Positions 27,008 to 35,469 of a stretch of 41,388 bases of DNA are shown here, piece by piece. The DNA is from Cyanobacteriota bacterium (lineage in GTDB: Bacteria; Cyanobacteriota; Sericytochromatia; UBA7694; JACMQJ01), in assembly GCA_038060635.1 (NCBI GenBank), contig JBBTGK010000057.1, positions 1 through 41,388 of the forward strand, in the 5' to 3' direction. Positions within the stretch are counted from its first letter, which is position 1; every line of letters begins with the position of its first letter. Position numbers and translations under genes: made by a program. The notes under the pieces are model-generated. The model saw nothing but the letters and a program-made list of their open reading frames with translations. It had not been told where the DNA came from and ran no database searches.

Positions 27008-27874
27008 ATGATTGAACCAGATAACCTTTTAGGTAAACTTCTTTTAAAGAAGGGGTACATTACAACATCCCAATTAATGATGGGGTTGGACTTTCAAACT
27101 AATCTTGACAAAAAAAACTGGGTTCCTTTAGGGGAAATTTTAATAAGATATAAGTATATTACAAGAGAAAAACTTAATGAAGTTTTGGAAGAACAAAAAA
27201 AACTAACTGAAAAAAGATTGAATGAACCTTTTTATCAACCATTGCCTCAAAGAATAAGTACAGCAACTAATAGACCTATGTCTAATGAATCTAAAGATAA
27301 AACTTCAGAACCAGCAAAAATTCAACCTCATCAATTTAAAATAACTAGCTTAGGCAAAAATACTTTTTCAAATGAAGTGCAAAAAGTAAAGGAAGAAATA
27401 AAAAAAACTCAACAATTCGATTCAAAACCAGATACTTCATCGCCACCTGCTGTTCCATCTTTAATACAAAAAGATAGAGAATCAAGAAAACCATTAGGAG
27501 AAATACTTGTTGAAAAAGGTCTTATAACAAGGTATCAATTAAGTACAGCACTTCAATATCAAGCTATTTTACCTCCAACTCATTACAAACCTATAGGTGA
27601 AGTAATGATAGATATGGGCTTGATAAATAGAGAGCAACTTCAAGAAGCTTTAACACAACAGCCTAAAAAAGAAGGAAATACAATAGGTGAAATTTTAAAA
27701 AAACTTGGTTTTATAAACGAACAGCAACTCTCTGCTGTACTTTCTCAACAACATTCTGTTGGTGGTAAACATGTTCTTATAGGTGAATTGCTAGTTCAAC
27801 ATGGTTTTATTTCAAAAGAAAATCTTGAAGAAGCTTTAAAAATTCAAAAATCTATTGATAATAAAGTTATTTAA
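27008..27874 (+). CDS. Protein composed of six MshEN/T2SSE_N-type 24-residue motifs flanking a disordered linker
   Basis: Six matches to xLGxx[LIV][LIV]xxGx[LIV]xxxxLxxxLxxQ. Two are N-terminal (aa 7-30 and 40-63). Four are C-terminal (aa 162-185, 195-218, 225-248 and 257-280). No ATPase domain is attached. Confidence 0.7.
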   Translation: MIEPDNLLGKLLLKKGYITTSQLMMGLDFQTNLDKKNWVPLGEILIRYKYITREKLNEVLEEQKKLTEKRLNEPFYQPLPQRISTATNRPMSNESKDKTSEPAKIQPHQFKITSLGKNTFSNEVQKVKEEIKKTQQFDSKPDTSSPPAVPSLIQKDRESRKPLGEILVEKGLITRYQLSTALQYQAILPPTHYKPIGEVMIDMGLINREQLQEALTQQPKKEGNTIGEILKKLGFINEQQLSAVLSQQHSVGGKHVLIGELLVQHGFISKENLEEALKIQKSIDNKVI

Positions 27875-27968
27875 TTTAAAATTTAAATTACAGATTTAGA
27901 AATATTAAATAATGACTGTAAATATAGATTTATAGATAAAATAACCAGTTAAGCATAACTTTCACTTT

Positions 27969-29357
27969 TTACTTAGAAAAACCAGCATATTTAGAAAAAA
28001 CTTCTCCTCTTTCGGCAAAGTTTTTAAATCTTCCATAACTAGGAGAACCAGGCGAAAGTATTATAACTCCATTTTCTGGGGTTATTTCTTTAGAAATTCT
28101 AACTGCATCTTGCAAATCATTAGCTTCTTTCAAAATAGTTTTCCCCGACAGGATGTCATTATTTTCAAAATTAGCTAATTTTTTTCTTATTTCTTCTGCT
28201 ATTCTTACACCATTATCAGGCATAGTAATAACAGCATGAATATTTTTAGTAGCTATATATTCAGCTAAATCATTAAAATCTAGCCCTCTATCAAAACCAC
28301 CTAATAAAATAGTAATTTTTTTATACTTATGAGTTTCCATTGCCGCAACAGCAGATTGTGGTGTTGTTGAGATACTATCATCTATGTAAAGAATATTGTC
28401 TATTTTTCCACAAGGATATAATCTATGAGGTAAACCTTTAAAAGAAGAGATAGATTTAACACATTTTTCAAAATCAACACCTAATGCTTTTACAACTGTT
28501 AAAGCAGCACAAATATTACCTAAATTATGCTTTCCTGGAATTGGAACTTCAGTAGCACCGAGAATTTTTTTATCTTGATAATAAACAGCATCTTCGTAAA
28601 CATGAAAACCATTTTTATCATTAAAAAAGAAAATATTATTTAGTTTTTCTTGATCAACATATAAATTTGTATTTTTATCAATTTTATCTATTACAGAAAT
28701 AGAAGTATCTTTTTGATTAGAAAAAACGTTTAATTTATCTTTATAGTAATTTTCAACACCTTTATGCCAATCTAAATGTTCAGGAAAAAGATTTAATAAT
28801 AATGAAACTGTAGGAGAACAACCTTCAAAATCAGTTAGTTGATAACTTGATAATTCTATTACCCAAATTTCTGGTTTAGGTTCTACATCAAACATATCAA
28901 GCATTGGTGTTCCTATATTTCCGCCTAATGTTACTCTTTTATTTGAATGTCTTAAAAAATGAGTTATAAGACTAGATGTTGTACTTTTTCCTTTAGTTCC
29001 TGTTATACAAACAGTTGTATCAGTAGGGTGTTCTGCAAACCATAATTTTGTAGCAGAAGTAAAATAAATACCTTTTTTTAGTGCATTTTGTATTTCATCT
29101 TTATAAAAAGTAACCCCTGGTGATTTTATTACAACATCAACTAAATCTAGTTTTTTGCTTATTTCATCTCCAATTGCAAGGTCTAAAAAAGGATCTTGCT
29201 TTAGTGTATCTTCCATTTCTTGAGAAAAATGAGAGTCATTAAAAAGAACAAATTTATTAGCAGGAAATTTTTTTCTTAGTAACTTTAAAGTTGACCAACC
29301 TTCAGCTCCTAAACCCCAAATACCAACGTTTTTATCTTTAAGATCTTGAATACGCAT
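27969..29357 (-). CDS. murD: MurD-family UDP-N-acetylmuramoyl-L-alanine:glutamate ligase (candidate MurD2)
   Basis: N-terminal IWGLGAEG Rossmann-like motif, P-loop GTKGKST, and Mur-ligase central and C-terminal blocks. GAGGA SD 6 nt before the ATG. No flanking mraY or ftsW. Overlaps the upstream gene by 20 nt. Confidence 0.85.
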   Translation of the reverse strand: MRIQDLKDKNVGIWGLGAEGWSTLKLLRKKFPANKFVLFNDSHFSQEMEDTLKQDPFLDLAIGDEISKKLDLVDVVIKSPGVTFYKDEIQNALKKGIYFTSATKLWFAEHPTDTTVCITGTKGKSTTSSLITHFLRHSNKRVTLGGNIGTPMLDMFDVEPKPEIWVIELSSYQLTDFEGCSPTVSLLLNLFPEHLDWHKGVENYYKDKLNVFSNQKDTSISVIDKIDKNTNLYVDQEKLNNIFFFNDKNGFHVYEDAVYYQDKKILGATEVPIPGKHNLGNICAALTVVKALGVDFEKCVKSISSFKGLPHRLYPCGKIDNILYIDDSISTTPQSAVAAMETHKYKKITILLGGFDRGLDFNDLAEYIATKNIHAVITMPDNGVRIAEEIRKKLANFENNDILSGKTILKEANDLQDAVRISKEITPENGVIILSPGSPSYGRFKNFAERGEVFSKYAGFSK

Positions 29358-30726
29358 TTAAAATCCTCATATATTTATCATTTAATCGATGATCTGTTGA
29401 AAGAGAAAAGGTTTTATTAATTATTTCTTCTTCATTTTTTATATTTGGTAAAGCTTTTTCATTAAACATTTTTATAACAATATCATTTTTCCATTCATCT
29501 TTTTTATTTAGTAATAAAAATGCAGTTATACATTCTTCAACTTCACCAACACATTCAAAAGGTTTATGACCAGAGACACCTATTAACTCTTCAAAACCAA
29601 TTAATTGAGTTTGATCATCTAATAAATTTTTACCAAAAATAGTTAACATTTTTTCTTTACTTAAAAAAGGTGCTAAAGCTAAGAAAACAAATCTACATTT
29701 ATCACAGTTCAAACACCATCTATCAACTCTTTTATCTTCTTGAATTTTAAACGCTGAATTACAACTAGTAAAAATATTATGATATTTTTCAAACTTACTA
29801 AAAATGCTTCCAATTCCAAGCTCTGATAAAGGTCTTAAAAAAGAGAAATAATTGAAGTTTTTCATTATATGAGAGTTAAAAAAGGAAGAAACATCTCTTT
29901 CAAATTCTAAACCTTTACTATATTGGTGATTTATTTCTAAACCATCTTTTATTAAATTTCCAATACTAGCCGATCTTTCATTTGACATAGCAACAGAATC
30001 AAAATCATATATGACAGATGCTGTAGCAAGAATAAAAGCAATTATTCCAGATATAGGAACATGACCATTATAAGCACCTTGAGCATTAAGTTCAAATAAA
30101 ACAGGTGAAAGTTTTCTTGTAACCAAAATATGTTCTAATCCTGAAATTTCAACTGTTTGTTTTATTGCTTTAGGATTTCCTACTGAAAAAAGAATAATAT
30201 TCTCATTATTTTGTTTTAGAGTCTCAATCGTTACAATAGAATCCTTTCCTCCACCAACAGGAACAACTGTTTTATTTGATAATTTTATTTCCGAAGGAGA
30301 TGGTTTTTCATTATCAGAAAAAGGAAATTTTATTTTTTCTTTAAGATCTAAATTATTTCTATGAGCAAATTCACCTAAACCATTAATATACAATTTTTCC
30401 ATAAAAACAGCTGTTTCTTTTGTAATTTTTTGATTTTCTATTACTATTTCATTTGGTATAGCAGCTTTATAATAACTTGAACCAGCTACCAAATGAAGAT
30501 TTTTTAAACACAAGTCAATTGCTTTTCTTTTTTCTTCTGTAAAAATAGTATTTTCATCTTGATTAGATTTATTAAAAGTAATTTCTTCTGTAAAAAAATA
30601 ACTATCATCAAAAGCATAATTTAGCTTTGCAACAAAATTTTTTTCATCAAATTCATAAGAAGTAAATCTAAATTTTTTTATTAAATTTGGGTCAAACACA
30701 TCTATAATTCCTAAAAACATACACAA
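29338..30726 (-). CDS. PP-loop-like protein co-translated with the MurD-like ligase (candidate MurL-type epimerase)
   Basis: 462-aa ORF with VVPVGGGKDS, which resembles the SGGxDS PP-loop, and a CxxC (CLNCDKC). Its 3' end overlaps the murD-like start. The functional call is inferred from the gene pairing. The start is ambiguous (TTG at 30726 or ATG at 30720). Confidence 0.45.
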   Translation of the reverse strand: MCMFLGIIDVFDPNLIKKFRFTSYEFDEKNFVAKLNYAFDDSYFFTEEITFNKSNQDENTIFTEEKRKAIDLCLKNLHLVAGSSYYKAAIPNEIVIENQKITKETAVFMEKLYINGLGEFAHRNNLDLKEKIKFPFSDNEKPSPSEIKLSNKTVVPVGGGKDSIVTIETLKQNNENIILFSVGNPKAIKQTVEISGLEHILVTRKLSPVLFELNAQGAYNGHVPISGIIAFILATASVIYDFDSVAMSNERSASIGNLIKDGLEINHQYSKGLEFERDVSSFFNSHIMKNFNYFSFLRPLSELGIGSIFSKFEKYHNIFTSCNSAFKIQEDKRVDRWCLNCDKCRFVFLALAPFLSKEKMLTIFGKNLLDDQTQLIGFEELIGVSGHKPFECVGEVEECITAFLLLNKKDEWKNDIVIKMFNEKALPNIKNEEEIINKTFSLSTDHRLNDKYMRILNAYSRS

Positions 30727-30812
30727 AAAACTATTACAGATTCTTATTATATATCAAAAACTATGTGATAAAATGATCTTATATTTATTTTTATTTATAA
30801 ATAGTTAATGTA

Positions 30813-30874
30813 GATAATATTCTGTAGGGAACGTTTTAAAAACGTTCTCAAACAAACACATTGGATAGTTTATA
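30813..30874 (-). repeat. Copy 2 (inverted) of the 62-nt dispersed element
   Basis: The reverse complement aligns ungapped with 9770-9831 (53/62). Stem-loop GAGAACGTT/AACGTTCCC. It lies in the divergent intergenic region between 30726(-) and 30901(+). Confidence 0.7.
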
Positions 30875-30900
30875 ATATTAATAAAAAATTTGGAGTGAGT

Positions 30901-32553
30901 ATGAAATTAAAAATAGCTTATGGGCGTTTTATGCAGGAAACTAATTCATTTTCGCCTGTACTAACAAAAAAAGAAGATTTTGAAAGAACTCATTTTATGG
31001 AAGGAGAAGAACTTGCTTTAGCTTGTTCTCCTAAAAACTATGAAGTAAAAGGTTTTTTAAAAAATCTTGAATTATCTGGCTTTTTAAAAGCAGTTAATAA
31101 AAATATCGAAGAAGAAAAAATTGAAATAGAAACTATTCCATTGGTAAGTGCTTGGTCTATTTCTGGAGGACCTGTAGCAAAAGATTTTTTTGATGAAATG
31201 GTAACTAAATTTCAAGCAGAGTTAAAAAAAGCAGGTGAGTTAGATGGTGTTTTTGTCGCTTTTCATGGTGCTATGGGAGTGGAAAATGTTAAAAACCCTG
31301 AAGTTGTTTTTATAGAAAAAATTAGAGAAATAGTAGGAAATATTCCAATAGCAGTAACTTTTGATTTACACGCTACTTTAAATGAGAAAAAAATGACTAG
31401 TATGGATTTGATTATAGGTTATCAAACAAACCCTCATAGAGATATGGCAAAAGTTGGTTTTAAAGCAGGAGATTTATTAATAAAACAGTTAATAAAAAAA
31501 ATAACCCCTACAAAATCATGGAGGTATTTGCCAATGCTTTTGGGTGGAGGAACTACAGTAGATTTATTCCCTCCAATGAGACATATTTTTCAAAGAATAA
31601 AACAAATAGAAGAAGATCCAAGAGTACTTTCTTGTAATGTTTTTATGTGTCATCCTTTTCTTGATGATCCTGATTTAGGTTGGGCTGTAAGTGTTATAAC
31701 TGATAATGATAAAAATCTTGCAGAGCATATATCAGAAGAATTAGCTGATATGTGTTGGAATGTAAGACATAAAAAACCACCTGAATTTATTGATGTAGAA
31801 AAAATGCTAAAAGAAGTAAGAAGTGCTAAGATTGCCAGAAAATTAGGTTGTGTTGCTGTTTGTGATACATCTGATGTAGTAGGAGCTGGTGCTACTGGTG
31901 AAAACACAGCAATGTTAAAAGAATTATTAGAAAAAGCAACTGATCTTATTTCTTATGTTCCTATAAGAGATCCTGAAGCTGTTTTAAGTTTATGGGATAA
32001 AGATTTAAATAGTGATGTGGAAATTACTGTGGGTGGAAAATTACAACCAGAAATTAATGAACCTGTTTTTTTAAAAGGAAAACTAATATTAAAAAAAGAT
32101 ACTGAAAATTTTTCAAAAGTAGTAGTAATAGATGCTGGGCATATTAAACTAGTTATTACAGAAGGCTATGCAATGCCAATGAAACCTTCTTTTTATGAAG
32201 ATTTAGGTTTAAGTACAATGAAAGCAGATATTGTAATAACAAAAAACTTTTTCCATTTTAGAATTTATTTTTTATTAAAAAGCAGAAAAACACTTTATGT
32301 AAAAACAAAAGGAATAACTGATTTAGATAGAATTTTGACAATTAAAAATAATCATCCTGTTTTTCCTAAAGATGATATTAAAGATTGGAGAGAATTAGAT
32401 AGAATTAAAAGAGGAATAGAAGAGATAGAAGAAAAAATATCTAATTATGATTATAAATTAGTTAGAAAAAGTAAAAAGAAAGAAATAATTATTTTAACAT
32501 CTTTTTTAATGCTCTTTTCTTTTTTAATATACAAGTTAATTAAGAAAAAATAG
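30901..32553 (+). CDS. M81-family (MlrC-like) metallopeptidase homologue with a C-terminal membrane anchor
   Basis: N-terminal 'KIAYGRFMQETNSFSP' is typical of the MlrC/DUF1485 N-domain. C-terminal hydrophobic segment IIILTSFLMLFSFLIY followed by KLIKKK. ATG at 30901 (GGAG upstream) is preferred over GTG at 30895. Confidence 0.75.
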   Translation: MKLKIAYGRFMQETNSFSPVLTKKEDFERTHFMEGEELALACSPKNYEVKGFLKNLELSGFLKAVNKNIEEEKIEIETIPLVSAWSISGGPVAKDFFDEMVTKFQAELKKAGELDGVFVAFHGAMGVENVKNPEVVFIEKIREIVGNIPIAVTFDLHATLNEKKMTSMDLIIGYQTNPHRDMAKVGFKAGDLLIKQLIKKITPTKSWRYLPMLLGGGTTVDLFPPMRHIFQRIKQIEEDPRVLSCNVFMCHPFLDDPDLGWAVSVITDNDKNLAEHISEELADMCWNVRHKKPPEFIDVEKMLKEVRSAKIARKLGCVAVCDTSDVVGAGATGENTAMLKELLEKATDLISYVPIRDPEAVLSLWDKDLNSDVEITVGGKLQPEINEPVFLKGKLILKKDTENFSKVVVIDAGHIKLVITEGYAMPMKPSFYEDLGLSTMKADIVITKNFFHFRIYFLLKSRKTLYVKTKGITDLDRILTIKNNHPVFPKDDIKDWRELDRIKRGIEEIEEKISNYDYKLVRKSKKKEIIILTSFLMLFSFLIYKLIKKK

Positions 32554-32556
32554 ATC

Positions 32557-33147
32557 TTAACTAGATGGAAGATTGAAACGTTTTAGATCAACTAAATTAG
32601 GTTCTCCTTTAAATGATATTGAGCTAATTTGAAGACTACCTACCATTGTATATATTTTGTAAAATCTAGCTCTTTGAAGTGCTTCAAAGAGTGATTTTCT
32701 TGTAAAACCTGTTTTATGAGCATAATAATCTTTACCGCTTTGCTCGATAGCCTCGCAATGTCCATATAATACATCTAAAACCCTAATAGGTCCAGCAGCA
32801 GATTGGTAAAGAACATCATCTATATCCAAACCTTTAGCAATAGTCATTCTCATTACTGCATCAATATCTGGGACAATTATTTGTGCAAAACCATCATCTT
32901 TAAGAACATGCAAAAAACCAGCCAAAACTTTTGGAACATCGTGACGATAATAATGTTCTAAATTATGTGAACAATACACTGCATCAAATTGTTTAGGAGC
33001 AAGAGTCTTAAGATTACGAGCATCACAAATAATATCTGGTAAACATCTTGAATCTATATCTAGCGAAACATTCTGAAAATCAGAGTATTCAGGTGGAAGA
33101 GGATGAGAACTCTTAGTACTAGAGCCAACATTTAAAACTTTTTTCAA
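32557..33147 (-). CDS. Class I SAM-dependent methyltransferase (Methyltransf_11-like), compositionally atypical
   Basis: VLNVGS motif I-like, AVYCSHNLEHY and LKDDGFAQIIVPD blocks. TTG start with a GAGG SD. A hand-counted 100 nt (32701-32800) has 38 G+C, against 29 in 33301-33400 of the neighbouring gene. Confidence 0.75.
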   Translation of the reverse strand: MKKVLNVGSSTKSSHPLPPEYSDFQNVSLDIDSRCLPDIICDARNLKTLAPKQFDAVYCSHNLEHYYRHDVPKVLAGFLHVLKDDGFAQIIVPDIDAVMRMTIAKGLDIDDVLYQSAAGPIRVLDVLYGHCEAIEQSGKDYYAHKTGFTRKSLFEALQRARFYKIYTMVGSLQISSISFKGEPNLVDLKRFNLPSS

Positions 33148-33274
33148 AGTAACCTCAGTAAATTACTAAAAATATGTTTTGAAAAGCTTAACAAGTTAAT
33201 AACTTTTTAAGAGTAACAAAAAAATAAATTATAACAAAAAAAGATTTACAATATTTGATATTTAATTAAAATAT

Positions 33275-34111
33275 TCAAAAAACATGGGCTAAATAAATAG
33301 TAGCAACATTATATTCAGGTGGAATATTGTGTTTTAATCCTAATTGCTTGGCAAAATTTAACGGATTAAATGTTTCAACAAAATCAAAACCGCATTCTTT
33401 TAAAAACTCTTGACCTTCATCGCTATTATCAATATCGGCAAAAAATTTGATTCCCATTAAGTTTATTGGTAAATTTATCAATTTGGCATGATTTTTTTTT
33501 AAATCTTCATTATGGTAAATATCACAAATATAAACACCACCATCATTTGCTCTTAAAAAAGAAGATATATTTAAAAAAATCTTTTTCAAGTTCTCCATAT
33601 CAAAATAAGGGGTTAAACCTTCTGTAATTACAACTGTTTTTTCTTTGCTAACATGTTTTTTTACTTTTTCAAAAATATTATCTTTTAAAATATCTAAACT
33701 AACAAAGTTATGGTTTTTTCTTTGAATTTTTTTATCTGAATATATTTTTTCAACTAGATTTTTTTTAGTTTTTAACATTTTATCTAAATCAGCTTCAATA
33801 TAGTTAAATTCAGGATTTTCTGCAAAAGTCATTCCTCTTGGTGATAAACCACAAGCTAACTCTACTATTTGTTTATAATGAAATTTAGAAAAAATAAAAT
33901 AATCTATGGCTCTATGACGAGGCTCTAGCATAAAATAGATATAATCTTTTTTCTTATTTAAAAAAAGTGGAAATCCTATTGTTCTAAGTAAATTTAGAAA
34001 AAATTTATATTGAGGACTAACAAAATATTTTGCGTTAGAAATTTCTAAATAATCCCAAGCGTGTGAAGTAATATGTGCTGTAGGACTAATTTTTTCTGAT
34101 ATTATACTCAT
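33275..34111 (-). CDS. SAM-dependent methyltransferase, LCMT / O-methyltransferase-like
   Basis: N-terminal ISPTAHITSHAW and QIVELACGLSPRG resemble the TAxxxAxxRA and V-x-LGAGLDTR blocks of the leucine carboxyl / putative O-methyltransferase family. The start overlaps the smpB stop as ATGA. Confidence 0.55.
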   Translation of the reverse strand: MSIISEKISPTAHITSHAWDYLEISNAKYFVSPQYKFFLNLLRTIGFPLFLNKKKDYIYFMLEPRHRAIDYFIFSKFHYKQIVELACGLSPRGMTFAENPEFNYIEADLDKMLKTKKNLVEKIYSDKKIQRKNHNFVSLDILKDNIFEKVKKHVSKEKTVVITEGLTPYFDMENLKKIFLNISSFLRANDGGVYICDIYHNEDLKKNHAKLINLPINLMGIKFFADIDNSDEGQEFLKECGFDFVETFNPLNFAKQLGLKHNIPPEYNVATIYLAHVF

Positions 34112-34572
34112 TCAGCAAATTTTCTCATAGCTCTTCCGATTTCTCTGTTTGAATCTCTTTGTTTTATGGTATCTCTCTTATCATATTCTTTTTTACCTTT
34201 TGCAAGACCAAGTTCTATTTTAGCCCAATCACCTGACCAATATAATTTTAATCCAATTAAACTTAAACCTTTTTCTTGAGTTTTTCCAAAAAGTTTCATA
34301 ATTTCTTGTTTATGCAAAAGAACATTTCTGGTTCTTACAGGATCATGATTATATCTATTTCCATGTACATAAGGACTTATATGCATGTTATAAAGTAAAA
34401 CTTCACCTTTTTCAACTCTAGCGAAGCAATCAGCCATGGTAACTCTTCCCATACGTATTGATTTTATTTCAGTACCAGTAAGAACTAAACCTGCTTCAAA
34501 TTTTTCTATTATAAAAAAATCATAATAAGCTTTTCTATTTTCAGCAATAATTTTTCTATTTTCAGAACTCAT
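34108..34572 (-). CDS. smpB: SsrA-binding protein SmpB
   Basis: 154 aa. 'NRKAYYDFFIIEKFEAGLVLTGTEIKSIR' and 'LLHKQEI', plus a basic C-terminal tail, are diagnostic of SmpB. Confidence 0.9.
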   Translation of the reverse strand: MSSENRKIIAENRKAYYDFFIIEKFEAGLVLTGTEIKSIRMGRVTMADCFARVEKGEVLLYNMHISPYVHGNRYNHDPVRTRNVLLHKQEIMKLFGKTQEKGLSLIGLKLYWSGDWAKIELGLAKGKKEYDKRDTIKQRDSNREIGRAMRKFAE

Positions 34573-34701
34573 GATCCTTCCTTAGTTTTTTATATCTCAA
34601 AAACAATTTTATCACATGAAATATTAAATAGTTTTATTTTATTATTAAAATATTGATTATAATAGAAAGTAATAAATATAAACCATTAAGGCATTTTAGA
34701 A

Positions 34702-34733
34702 TTTTATATGAATGTACAAAAATTCATATAAAA
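34702..34733. promoter_or_regulatory. Perfect 12-bp inverted repeat in the smpB-tpx divergent intergenic region (candidate operator)
   Basis: TTTTATATGAAT-N8-ATTCATATAAAA, with arms at 34702-34713 and 34722-34733. It lies about 50 nt upstream of the candidate tpx -10. Confidence 0.4.
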
Positions 34734-34782
34734 AATATCATCTAAGAAAAAAAAATATTTTTATAAACATTTCAAAATTCTT

Positions 34783-34791
34783 TGTTATAAT
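34783..34791 (+). promoter_or_regulatory. Candidate extended -10 promoter element for tpx
   Basis: TGTTATAAT matches TGnTATAAT exactly and lies 57 nt upstream of the tpx ATG. No good -35 is present. Confidence 0.35.
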
Positions 34792-34847
34792 TCAGTTGAA
34801 AATTAAAAAAATATATAAGTTAATTACAATTTTTTAGGAGTAAAAAA

Positions 34848-35348
34848 ATGGCAAAAATAACATTAAAAGGGAACCCAATAAATACAGCTGGTGAATTACC
34901 AAAAGTAGGTTCAAATGCACCTGATTTTAATTTAACAAAAACAGATTTATCAAATGTAAGTTTAAAAGATTTTTCTGGTAAAAGAGTTGTTTTAAACATA
35001 TTCCCAAGTGTTGATACACCTACATGTTCTGCATCAGTAAGAAGATTTAACAAAGAAGTAAGCAATATGAGCAATACTGTTGTTCTTTGTATTTCAAGAG
35101 ATTTACCTTTTGCATTAAAAAGATTTTGTGGTGCTGAAGGTTTAGAAAATGTAGTATCAGCTTCAGAATTAAGAGACACATCTTTTAGTGATAATTATGG
35201 AGTTAGAATAAAAGACGGTGGTCTTGCAGAATTAATGTCTAGAGCGGTTGTAGTTATTGATGAAAAAGGTTTAGTATCTTATACAGAACAAGTTCCTGAA
35301 ATAGCTGATGAACCAAACTATGCAAATGTTGTTGAATTATTGAAATAG
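34848..35348 (+). CDS. tpx: Thiol peroxidase (atypical 2-Cys peroxiredoxin, Tpx)
   Basis: 'FPSVDTPTCS' peroxidatic Cys block, 'ISRDLPFALKRFCGAEG' resolving Cys block, 166 aa, AGGAG SD. Confidence 0.9.
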   Translation: MAKITLKGNPINTAGELPKVGSNAPDFNLTKTDLSNVSLKDFSGKRVVLNIFPSVDTPTCSASVRRFNKEVSNMSNTVVLCISRDLPFALKRFCGAEGLENVVSASELRDTSFSDNYGVRIKDGGLAELMSRAVVVIDEKGLVSYTEQVPEIADEPNYANVVELLK

Positions 35349-35354
35349 ATTTTA

Positions 35355-35412
35355 AAGCATTGTAATAAAAAAAAATAATGCTTTTGTAGAGACGCATTGC
35401 AATGTGTCTCTA
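35355..35412 (+). terminator. Two consecutive stem-loops downstream of tpx (probable terminator region)
   Basis: AAAGCATT...AATGCTTT (8-bp arms at 35355-35362 and 35378-35385), then TAGAGACGCA/TGTGTCTCTA (10-bp stem with one G-T, 35387-35412). The trailing T-tract is weak. Confidence 0.45.
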
Positions 35413-35469
35413 TTAAATAAAAATTATATTTCAGAATTAAGAGTATTATATTGAAAAATAAGGTTTTCT

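Noticed and set aside
9770-30874. The 21-kb segment bracketed by the inverted 62-nt repeats could be a mobile or invertible element.
   Set aside because: It contains no integrase, transposase, invertase or phage/conjugation genes and has no target-site duplication. Its content is ordinary housekeeping and stress genes. Two copies of a dispersed element are the more economical reading, though inversion could still be tested with long reads.
34573-34847. A tmRNA (ssrA) gene might lie next to smpB.
   Set aside because: The region is uniformly AT-rich. It has no tRNA-like acceptor or T-arm sequences and no GC-rich pairing.
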